Source: Histomonas meleagridis 2922-C6/04-290x
Taxonomy: Eukaryota > Protista > Parabasalia
Length of the DNA stretch: 10,333 nt
NCBI GenBank assembly: GCA_020184695.1
Contig: JAANOX010000176.1
Location: 1-10,333, forward strand
Direction of reading: 5' to 3'
Position numbers and translations under genes: made by a program. Shown here piece by piece: positions 1 through 8,515 of the stretch; within the stretch, counting starts at the first letter, position 1, and every line of letters begins with the position of its first letter. A model generated the notes under the pieces. It was not told the DNA's origin. It worked only from the letters and a program-made list of their open reading frames with translations, and searched no databases.

Positions 1-3000
1 TACTGATCTAAACAATCTTACTGATCTAAACAACGTTACTGAAGCAATCTTACTGATCTAAACAATATTAATTTAAACAATCTTACTGATCTAAACAATC
101 TTACTGATCTAAACAATTCTACTGAAGCAATCTTACTGATCTAAACAATCTTACTGAAATAATCTTACTGATCTAAACAATCTTGCTGAAGCAATCTTAC
201 TGATCTAAACAATTCTACTGAAGCAATCTTACTGATCTAAACAATTCTACTGAAGCAATCTTACTGATCTAAACAATCTTACTGATCTAAACAATCTTAC
301 TGATCTAAACAATCTTACTGAAGCAATCTTACTGATCTAAACAATCTTACTGAAGCAATCTTACTGATCTAAACAATCTTACTGAAGCAATCTTACTGAT
401 CTAAACAATCTTACTGAAGCAATTATACTGATCTAAACAATTTTACTGAAGCAATCTTAATGATCTAAACAATTTTACTGAAGCAATCTTACTGATCTAA
501 ACAATCTTACTGAAGCAATCTTACTGATCTAAACAATCTTGCTGAAGCAATCTTACTGATCTAAACAATCTTACTGATCTAAGCAATCTTACTGATCTAA
601 ACAATCTTAATCTAAGCAATCTTACTGATCTAAACAATCTTACTGAAGCAATCTTACTGATCTAAACAATCTTACTGAAGCAATCTTAATGATCTAAACA
701 ATCTTACTGAAATAATCTTACTGATCTAAACAATCTTACTGAAATAATCTTACTGATCTAAACAATCTTACTGAAATAATCTTACTGATCTAAACAATCT
801 TACTGATCTAAACAATCTTACTGATCTAAGCAATCTTACTGATCTAAACAATCTTACTGATCTAAACAATCTTAATTTAAACAATCTTACTGATCTAAAC
901 AATCTTACTGAAGCAATCTTACTGATCTAAACAATCTTACTGATCTAAACAATCTTACTGATCTAAACAATCTTACTGATCTAAACAATCTTACTGATCT
1001 AAACAATCTTACTGATCTAAACAATCTTACTGATCTAAACAATCTTACTGATCTAAACAATCTTACTGAAGCAATCTTACTGATCTAAACAATCTTACTG
1101 AAGCAATCTTACTGATCTAAACAATCTTACTGAAGCAATCTTACTGATCTAAACAATCTTAATTTAAACAATCTTACTGATCTAACAATCTTACTGATCT
1201 AAACAATCTTAATTTAAACAATCTTACTGATCTAAACAATCTTACTGATCTAACAATCTTACTGAAGCAATCTTACTGATCTAAACAATCTTACTGAAGC
1301 AATCTTACTGATCTAAACAATCTTACTGAAGCAATCTTACTGATCTAAACAATCTTACTGAAGCAATCTTACTGATCTAAACAATCTTACTGAAGCAATC
1401 TTACTGATCTAAACAATCTTAATGATCTAAAAAATCTTAATCTAAACAATCTTACTGATCTAACAATCTTACTGAAGCAATCTTACTGATCTAAACAATC
1501 TTACTGATCTAAACAATCTTACTGAAGCAATCTTACTGATCTAAACAATCTTACTGAAGCAATCTTACTGATCTAAACAATCTTAATGATCTAAAAAATC
1601 TTAATCTAAACAATCTTACTGATCTAACAATCTTACTGAAGCAATCTTACTGATCTAAACAATCTTACTGAAATAATCTTAATGATCTAAACAATCTTAC
1701 TGATCTAACAATCTTACTGAAGCAATCTTACTGATCTAAACAATCTTAATGATCCAAATAATCTTACTGAAGCAATCTATCTGAAGTAATCTTACTGATC
1801 TAAACAATCTTAATGATCTAAAAAATCTTAATCTAAACAATCTTACTGATCTAACAATCTTACTGAAGCAATCTTACTGATCTAAACAATCTTACTGAAG
1901 CAATCTTACTGATCTAACAATCTTACTGAAGCAATCTTACTGATCTAAACAATCTTAATGATCCAAATAATCTTACTGAAGCAATCTATCTGAAGTAATC
2001 TTACTGATCTAAACAATCTTAATGATCTAAAAAGTCTTAATCTAAACAATCTTACTGATCTAAACAATCTTACTGATCTAAACAATCTTACTGAAGCAAT
2101 CTCACTGATCTAAACAATCTTACTGAAGCAATCTTACTGATCTAAACAATCTTACTGAAGCAATCTTACTGATCTAAACAATCTTGCTGAAGCAATCTTA
2201 CTGATCTAAACAATCTTACTGATCTAAACAATCTTACTGATCTAAACAATCTTAATCTAAACAATCTTACTGATCTAAGCAATCTTACTGATCTAAACAA
2301 TCTTAATCTAAACAATCTTACTGATCTAAACAATCTTGCTGAAGCAATCTTACTGATCTAAACAATCTTACTGAAGCAATCTTACTGATCTAAACAATCT
2401 TACTGATCTAACAATCTTACTGAAGCAATCTTACTGATCTAAACAATCTTAATGATCCAAATAATCTTACTGAAGCAATCTATCTGAAGTAATCTTACTG
2501 ATCTAAACAATCTTAATGATCTAAAAAGTCTTAATCTAAACAATCTTACTGATCTAAACAATCTTACTGATCTAAACAATCTTACTGAAGCAATCTTACT
2601 GATCTAAACAATCTTACTGAAGCAATCTTAATGATCTAAACAATCTTACTGAAATAATCTTACTGATCTAAACAATCTTACTGAAATAATCTTACTGATC
2701 TAAACAATCTTACTGAAATAATCTTACTGATCTAAACAATCTTACTGATCTAAACAATCTTACTGATCTAAACAATCTTAATTTAAACAATCTTACTGAT
2801 CTAACAATCTTACTGAAGCAATCTTACTGATCTAAACAATCTTACTGAAATAATCTTACTGATCTAAACAATCTTACTGAAATAATCTTACTGATCTAAA
2901 CAATCTTACTTATCTAACAATCTTACTGAAGCAATCTTACTGATCTAAACAATCTTAATCTAAACAATCTTACTGATCTAACAATCTTACTGATCTAACA

Positions 3001-3340
3001 ATCTTACTGATCTAAACAATCTTACTGATCTAAACAATCTTACTGATCTAAACAATCTTACTGATCTAAACAATCTTACTGAAGCAATCTTACTGATCTA
3101 AACAATCTTACTGATCTAACAATCTTACTGAAATAATCTTACTGATCTAAACAATCTTACTGAAATAATCTTACTGATCTAAACAATCTTACTGATCTAA
3201 ACAATCTTACTGATCTAAACAATCTTACTGATCTAACAATCTTACTGATCTAACAATCTTACTGATCTAAACAATCTTACTGATCTAAACAATCTTACTG
3301 AAATAATCTTACTGATCTATTCTTTATGATCTAAACCATC
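1..3340. repeat. Complex tandem satellite/minisatellite of variant 14-18 bp units (open at the left window edge)
   Basis: Continuous array of ACTGATCTAAACAATCTT (18 bp), ACTGAAGCAATCTT (14), ACTGAAATAATCTT (14), ACTGATCTAACAATCTT (17) and AATCTAAACAATCTT/AATTTAAACAATCTT (15), plus rarer variants. Nearly all units end in AATCTT. Roughly 200 units (estimate). The array degenerates at ~3311-3340. Confidence 0.97.
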
Positions 3341-3395
3341 CAATAAATTCTAAGATTATAATGTCTATATTATAATTTTCATCATTCAACAATTG

Positions 3396-3463
3396 TTATT
3401 ATTTTATTATTATTATTATTATTTTATTCTTCTTATTTTTTTTATTATAATTTTATTATTATT
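3396..3463. repeat. (ATT)n-like low-complexity tract
   Basis: ttattattttattattattattattattttatt..., lying between the satellite and the 3' end of the transposase. Confidence 0.7.
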
Positions 3464-3541
3464 AATTCAAGTAGTTTTAATTAAAATTTAAAGAAATTTA
3501 ATTTTTGAATTTTTATTGATATACTTTAAAGAAGATTTAAT

Positions 3542-3820
3542 TCAGGTGGAACTATCATTCTTGGGTTTAAAAGGACATGTCGAAGCATAATGATTTTTTT
3601 TATGGCAGTTACTACAACAAGGTGATCTTTTTCTTCGAAAGTGCTGACAAACATTCGCAGATGGGGCTGTTGGTTGTGCGCCTGGGGTCACTAGTACATC
3701 CCTTGCCATCGGGTTTATTGTTTTCTTCAATTTTTGTCCATTAATAAAAAACTCTTTAATAAGGTTTCTTGCTGGTTCTGAACGTTGGGCAACATCAGCC
3801 CGATATTTAAATTTCTCCAT
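3542..3820 (-). CDS. MULE transposase C-terminal fragment with CCHC zinc knuckle
   Basis: CSNCHKKNHYASTC fits C-x2-C-x4-H-x4-C. It is in frame with the SWIM fragment, with no stop other than the TAA at 3974-3976. Confidence 0.75.
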   Translation of the reverse strand: MEKFKYRADVAQRSEPARNLIKEFFINGQKLKKTINPMARDVLVTPGAQPTAPSANVCQHFRRKRSPCCSNCHKKNHYASTCPFKPKNDSST

Positions 3821-3973
3821 TGTTGAATTATAGTCCCAGATTTCTTCTTTGTTATCTTCAACAATGATTTTTTCATTTATTTCAGGATATGTTTCAGAAA
3901 AATTATTAAAAAAATAAATTTCTGGTATTTCATTTTCATAAATTATATTTTCGAATTTTGAAGAATTAATTAA

Positions 3974-4213
3974 TTATTCAAAAATTATATGAATGCAAGG
4001 TAAATCATTTTTGACACAGCTACAGTTATTTAAATTATTTATTGCATATGAGGAGATTTCTTCATTTTTATCTTTAGATGCAACAATTAAATCTTTACAT
4101 TTTTGAATTCTTTTTTGAATCTTATTTACAGCATACATACCAAGTTTTCTACCATTGTATATACTTACATCCAATTGATTATACTTTAGATTTATATGCT
4201 TCTTTATTAACAT
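3974..4213 (-). CDS. MULE transposase fragment with SWIM-type zinc finger
   Basis: CSCVKNDLPCIH (CxC..CxH). The frame extends upstream as KILELFVNECR to the frameshift at ~4245. Confidence 0.75.
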   Translation of the reverse strand: MLIKKHINLKYNQLDVSIYNGRKLGMYAVNKIQKRIQKCKDLIVASKDKNEEISSYAINNLNNCSCVKNDLPCIHIIFE

Positions 4214-4389
4214 TCGGCATTCATTTACAAATAATTCTAAAATTTTTTATCTAGTGGTTGCATCTTGTGATCTGTCCATTTCTTTAGATTTCCAAATTCA
4301 CCTTCAGCACCATTAGTTGTTAAATGTTTTCGAAGTCTCAAATTTTTCAAATAATATGGATTATAATATTTAATATCATCTAACAGATT

Positions 4390-5337
4390 TTACAAATGTT
4401 TAGAATCAGTTCTATTAATTTCGTTTTCAAGTTCACTTCTATAATCATCTTCCGATATTCTTTTATTTATAAATTTCCAAAACAAATCTAGAATTTTAGA
4501 ATTTTTTCCCATTTTTACTTTTATATTACGCGAAATGTGTGAATAACAAAATATTACATTCGAATCGGGATATATTTTCTTAATTGCAGAAATTTGGCTT
4601 TGTAATCGATCAACAATGAAAATTCGAATATTACATATTAACATATTTAGTGATTGTAAAATATCACTAAAACTTTTTTGTTCTTTATTAATAATTATTC
4701 CAACTGCAAGTATTTGTATTTTATTATTTTCATCAAAAACTAAAAATGGAATGAAGAAATAATTAAAATAATTCGTACATGCCGTATCATCTAGTAATAC
4801 AATATCATTTGCGAATGGACAACTTTTAATTATCCAATTTATAATTAACAAACTCTTAAATTTATTATCTTCATCATCTTTCCGAATTACATTAAAATCT
4901 TCATTTTTTAAAGCTTGAGTATAATCAAATAATTTTTGAATTCGATTTTCAAATTGATTATTTTTTGAATTTCTAATTATGTTATATAATTGATCGGGTA
5001 AAATATCAGGCGCATTAAAGCGACGTATTAATGATGAAGGCATTCCAATACTTGTTTCTGTTTTCATTTTTTGAATTGTTTCGAATGTTAATAATGTAAA
5101 TTTACTTCCAACAAATAATTTATCAATTCTGTGATTATGATTAACTTCAATAAAGGTAATTGAATATATCACATGATTTTGGAAGTTGATTTTAAAGCAT
5201 GAAGAGCATTCACCAAGGCGTTTGGTGTGAAATCTGCAAACGAATTTAATATATTGAAAGTTTGAATCTTTCTTATTTAAATTTGAATGAATGCATGAAT
5301 ATGGACAATTGTTTCTGATGGATTCATCTGAAACCAA
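4390..5337 (-). CDS. MULE transposase catalytic-core fragment (part of the pseudogene)
   Basis: IVLLDDTACTNYFNYFFIPFLVFDENNKIQILAVGII...IFIVDRLQSQISAIKKIYPDSNVIFCYSHISRNI is a typical MULE transposase domain. The upstream FVCRFH..ECSSCFKINF..HNH resembles the FAR1/WRKY-type zinc domain. The ORF-track start is TTG and the frame is open upstream to the TAA at 5461. Confidence 0.88.
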   Translation of the reverse strand: MVSDESIRNNCPYSCIHSNLNKKDSNFQYIKFVCRFHTKRLGECSSCFKINFQNHVIYSITFIEVNHNHRIDKLFVGSKFTLLTFETIQKMKTETSIGMPSSLIRRFNAPDILPDQLYNIIRNSKNNQFENRIQKLFDYTQALKNEDFNVIRKDDEDNKFKSLLIINWIIKSCPFANDIVLLDDTACTNYFNYFFIPFLVFDENNKIQILAVGIIINKEQKSFSDILQSLNMLICNIRIFIVDRLQSQISAIKKIYPDSNVIFCYSHISRNIKVKMGKNSKILDLFWKFINKRISEDDYRSELENEINRTDSKHL

Positions 5338-5772
5338 TTGTTTAAGATTGTAAAAATCATTTAGATTTTTCCCGATTAAACTATTTAAAAAATGAATAAA
5401 CTCTTCTGGTGTTGAATTTTGAACTTTTTCGAAATTTTTTTTATTTGAAAAACCTGCACTTTAGAGTTCAAATTCTAACCTTTCTTCCAAAGAAAAATTT
5501 GAGTAATAATCATTTCTGTTTTGAATATTTTCTTGTATAATATCATCATCACTATTTTCACTTTCATTTTTCATTTCAGGTTTAACTTTTACAAAAGCTT
5601 GTATTAAGTTGTGAAAAAGAGAGCATTGTGATAGTTGATGCTGGCTCATATTGAAATAAATAATAATAAACGTATGAGATTTTCAATAACCTGAATTGAA
5701 TAGCATAATAAAATAATATATTTTAGAATAATTAAACTTATTATATTATGTTTAATAATCTTTATTGAATAT

Positions 5773-5774
<2 letters not shown>

Positions 5775-5804
<30 letters not shown>
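5775..5804. repeat. (AT)15 microsatellite
   Basis: Perfect dinucleotide run. Confidence 0.95.
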
Positions 5805-5807
<3 letters not shown>

Positions 5808-5833
5808 TGTTTCTTATAATTTATTGAAATATA

Positions 5834-6048
5834 TAATAATGTATTAATATATTTATAATAATACAATAACAAACATAAATATATGTAAATATATGATAGT
5901 ATATATGCTAATAAATTATTATATAAATGTTAATACATTATTGTATATATGTAGATATATTATTGCATACATTATGTTAATGGATTATGATAATAATGTA
6001 TTAATATATTTATAATAAAATAACAAACATAAATATATGTAAATATAT
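5834..6048. repeat. Pair of ~60 bp AT-rich direct repeats (5834-5894 and 5991-6048)
   Basis: taataatgtattaatatatttataata-a(tac)-aataacaaacataaatatatgtaaatatat occurs twice. The copies differ by a 3 bp indel. Confidence 0.85.
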
Positions 6049-6095
6049 AATAATGTAATAATAAATATATAATAAAGTATTAATCAATATACTAT

Positions 6096-6117
6096 TATAT
6101 ATATATATATATATATA
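6096..6117. repeat. (TA)11 microsatellite
   Basis: Perfect dinucleotide run just before the start of DOCK-like sequence. Confidence 0.95.
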
Positions 6118-6130
6118 ATATTAATAAATA

Positions 6131-7599
6131 TATGGTATTGATGCTCGTTTTTTAATGGCCAAAGTTCAAGCCACAGAAGTATTCAATTAATTACGTTATT
6201 TCTTTCAAACTAACCCATTTTTGGGTATATATATCTTAATTACGTATTAGTTAAAATCAAAAGTCTAAGTATGATCTTAAAATCTAGTGTTAAAGGAAGA
6301 AATATTGTCTCAAACATTACATTTCGACAAGGTACTAAAACATTATTAATTCAAGATTTAAACATGTTATAAAATGCATTGTTTATATCATGGTTCAAAT
6401 CCTAAATATTATGATGAATTTATTTTAGATTTACCATATCCAATAAAAAAAGATATATTTATAGATTTTAAATTATATCATTTAGAGAGTAAATCACAAT
6501 CTACACAATCTGAATCAAGTTCAATTGAACATATTGGTGCAGGATCAATATCAATTTTACAAGATGGTAGAATATTAGCAAATGGAGAACATAAAGTTAA
6601 TATTATTGATAGTAAGAATTGGTATTATAAAGCAGTATTATTTATAGATGTTAAAGTAATTTCATCGAATTATTCACCAAATGCTACAACAAATGAAATG
6701 ATGTTAGGTAATTGTGAACATACTGATCAAGTAAATTATTTTTCAGTTGCCATATATTTAAATCCTTTATTCGATAAAATACTTAAAGATATTTCAGAAT
6801 ATAAAAAAAATTCATTTTTAGCTTTATTAATTATTATTAATCAATTACCATTTAATAAAAAAGATTTAAGATATCAAGGTAAAGTTTGTAGATTATCACA
6901 ATAATATTATTCAACCTTGATTTATTAGATTTTTATGTTCAACATTGTGCTTTACATCATTTAGATCTTAATAAATTCTTTCAATTTTATGTAACTTTTT
7001 GGAATGATTATATAAAACAACCAGCTTCTGATGATAGAATTGATTTTCAATCTGTTTTTTTTATTAGATTTATTACTTAAATGTAAATTAGGAAAATCAT
7101 TTGTTTATAATGATTCTTATAAAGTTTTAAAAAAATCATTACAAAATGCAATAATTTATTTTAGATATGATGATTCTGATAAAGTTTGTCAATGTTTTAT
7201 AAAGATCTTTGTGAATTTTGTGATCGTGGAATTATTTTACAATTAATTTCGAATCATATTCTCATATTTGAAATTAGAAGGAATAAATATTTATTTTTGA
7301 TCAATAATGTTTTATTGATTTCTTAAATTGTTTTTTGACTTCAAAAACTTTTTAATTTTATGTATTCCTTTAGAAAATGATGATATTAATTCTTGTGCTT
7401 TTTGTAAGTTTATTTTACCTATTTTTGAAGAAACTCTGCCTACTTATGAACAAACTTATAAATTTTTTGCTTTATTATATTGGAATGTAAGAATTTGTCT
7501 TTGTTTATATTTCCTTTTATAATTATTTTATTTTTATTATCTAGATATGATTTATCTAAATTAAATTATGAAATTATTCAAACTTGTAGTTTATTACCC
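6131..7599 (+). pseudogene. Fragment of a DOCK-family (dedicator of cytokinesis, DOCK-C/D or zizimin-like) Rho GEF gene: DHR-1/C2 domain and following helical region, multiply frameshifted
   Basis: Successive frame segments give DOCK-like motifs in the expected order: YLNYVLVKIKSLSM..KGRNIVSNITFR, LYHGSNPKYYDEFILDLPYPIKKDIFIDFKLYHL, IEHIGAGSISILQDGRIL, FFLLDLLLKC, FIKDLCEFCDRGIILQLI, NFLILCIP, LLSRYD..CSLLP. Frameshifts lie at ~6225, ~6360, 6900-6901, 7055-7062, 7201-7203, with further ones at ~7260-7330 and ~7480-7520. Confidence 0.75.
6374..6904 (+). CDS. DOCK-type C2 (DHR-1) domain fragment (largest open segment of the pseudogene)
   Basis: YHGSNPKYYDEFILDLP..FKLYH resembles the DHR-1 signature YH..nP.fydE.ki.LP......Hl.FtfyH. 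The ATG is internal and the stop results from a frameshift. Confidence 0.75.
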   Translation: MHCLYHGSNPKYYDEFILDLPYPIKKDIFIDFKLYHLESKSQSTQSESSSIEHIGAGSISILQDGRILANGEHKVNIIDSKNWYYKAVLFIDVKVISSNYSPNATTNEMMLGNCEHTDQVNYFSVAIYLNPLFDKILKDISEYKKNSFLALLIIINQLPFNKKDLRYQGKVCRLSQ

Positions 7600-8210
7600 T
7601 TGTTTCTCTCCAATTCGCTGCTGTATTCAATTTTCTTGACACATAAATTGAATAAAAAACCGTTTTCATCCATATTTCGTGCAAGCATTTTCCTTTTGCT
7701 GATTACAAATGTCTGGATTTGTACGGGTTAATGGACCTCTGTATTTAACCGCGTTGCCCTCATGTCATTTTTTTAAGAATCATTTCTTTCAAATTATTCA
7801 TATATTTGTTTTTAACCTAAAAAAGGTCAAGAGACAAATTTTAAGCCAATGATGACTTTTAGATACAACATAAGGGAACATAAAGCCACTCAACAAAAAA
7901 AAATGAAATTCGCAAAAATAAATTATTTGTTTAATTATCCAATTCTTCAATATTTTTAATGATCAACATTCCCTACAGTATCATGCAATTGTTCTTCAAG
8001 TTATAACAATCTTTGCCTTTTTGCATGTGATAATTTGAGATTTCACTAAATCATAATTTGGGATTACACTCTGAGCATTTTCATTCATATAGCTTCCTCA
8101 TTTCTTTTGTAGTCGAAAGACAAACAGGAATAATGAATTTTTTATTCATCATAAATGGACCATGATTCTGTGATTGTATGCATTTGTAAGTGTTCCCAAG
8201 CTGCCAGTAC
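7597..8210 (-). mobile_element. Probable remnant (3' part) of a pogo/Tc5-like DDE_1 DNA transposon
   Basis: Minus strand 8210-8142 reads VLAAWEHLQMHTITESWSIYDE*, resembling the C-terminal 'aAW..l...tI..sw' helix of DDE_1 transposases. Composition changes abruptly at TA|CCCTTGTTTCTC (TA at 7595-7596), where DOCK similarity stops, consistent with a TA target site and TIR start. The partner TIR is not in the window. Confidence 0.4.
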
Positions 8211-8267
8211 ACACACACACACAGCGCTATTGAAGCTTCGCGTGATACGCTCGCTTCAAGCCGCGCT
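8209..8267. other. (AC)7 tract followed by a GC-rich imperfect hairpin (candidate element terminus)
   Basis: (AC)7 at 8209-8222. Nested stems: AGCGC 8223-8227/GCGCT 8263-8267, TTGAAGC 8230-8236/GCTTCAA 8253-8259, GCGT 8240-8243/ACGC 8247-8250, with loop GAT. Confidence 0.75.
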
Positions 8268-8355
8268 ACATAAAATAAAGCATTAACGACGAGAGGATGA
8301 TTGAAAATTAGGATTAACGGTCGAGTTTAAAATAAGCATGTGCGAAAAATCTAAC

Positions 8356-8463
8356 TATAACTTGTAACGTAACGTTACCTGTAACTTTGACATTTTGGAA
8401 AAAAGAAGAAGAATAAAGAACATGAGATGCAAAAACCAAGGTTACGTTACGTTACAGGTTATA
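8356..8463. promoter_or_regulatory. 25 bp inverted repeat made of GTAAC/GTTAC pentamers flanking a purine-rich spacer (candidate replication origin or protein-binding array)
   Basis: TATAACTTGTAACGTAACGTTACCT (8356-8380) and AGGTTACGTTACGTTACAGGTTATA (8439-8463) are reverse complements at 23/25 positions. An extra GTAAC lies at 8381-8385. The repeat ends 52 bp upstream of the helicase ATG. The structure is observed; the function is inferred. Confidence 0.6.
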
Positions 8464-8515
8464 AATTAAGTCTAGTTTTAAAGTAGTAATTTGATTTTTT
8501 AATGCAACTAAAAAG

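Larger units (their letters stand above)
3542..5649 (-). pseudogene. Mutator-like element (MULE/MuDR) DDE transposase, disrupted (~700 codons reconstructable)
   Basis: Manual translation joins the four ORF-track fragments across TAA at 5461-5463, 4390-4392 and 3974-3976, and a frameshift in the T6 run at 4243-4248. The terminal stop is TGA at 3542-3544. Domain order is MURA-like: C..C..HNH DNA-binding zinc motif, DDE core (LLDDT..TN, IVDR), CYSH (CxxH), TTNGAEGEFGNLK (third catalytic E, in the unannotated gap), SWIM finger, CCHC knuckle. Confidence 0.9.

Noticed and set aside
1-3340. CRISPR-like array
   Set aside because: There are no unique spacers between repeats, only a few recurring unit variants. 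No cas genes, and the context is eukaryotic.
1-3340. Coding repeat (the 18-mer reads TDLNNL on + and RLFRSV on -)
   Set aside because: The frequent 14 and 17 bp units shift the frame into TAA/TGA stops. No long ORF or start codon is present.
3542-5649. Alternative genetic code (TAA = Gln or other) suggested by three in-frame TAA and a terminal TGA
   Set aside because: Gln is frequently encoded by CAA in the same gene. The penton-like and helicase ORFs end at TAA, and the gene also has a frameshift. TAA is the expected nonsense mutation in AT-rich DNA.
5461-5649. 62 aa ORF as a separate gene
   Set aside because: It is in frame with the transposase and separated only by one TAA, so it is best read as the transposase N-terminus.
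3514-5777. Possible MULE TIR pair 3514-3531 / 5760-5777 (15/18 inverted match)
   Set aside because: Short, almost entirely A/T, and not extendable. It overlaps a microsatellite and is expected by chance at this composition.
6213-6226. Small hairpin ACCCA-TTTT-TGGGT as a terminator or element end
   Set aside because: Only a 5 bp stem, lying within DOCK-like coding sequence. Likely chance.
7031-7731. ORFs 7031-7246, 7328-7522 and 7480-7731 as independent small membrane proteins
   Set aside because: They are frameshifted pieces of the DOCK-like gene. Their hydrophobic look reflects T-rich or out-of-frame sequence, and the last one runs into the inserted element.
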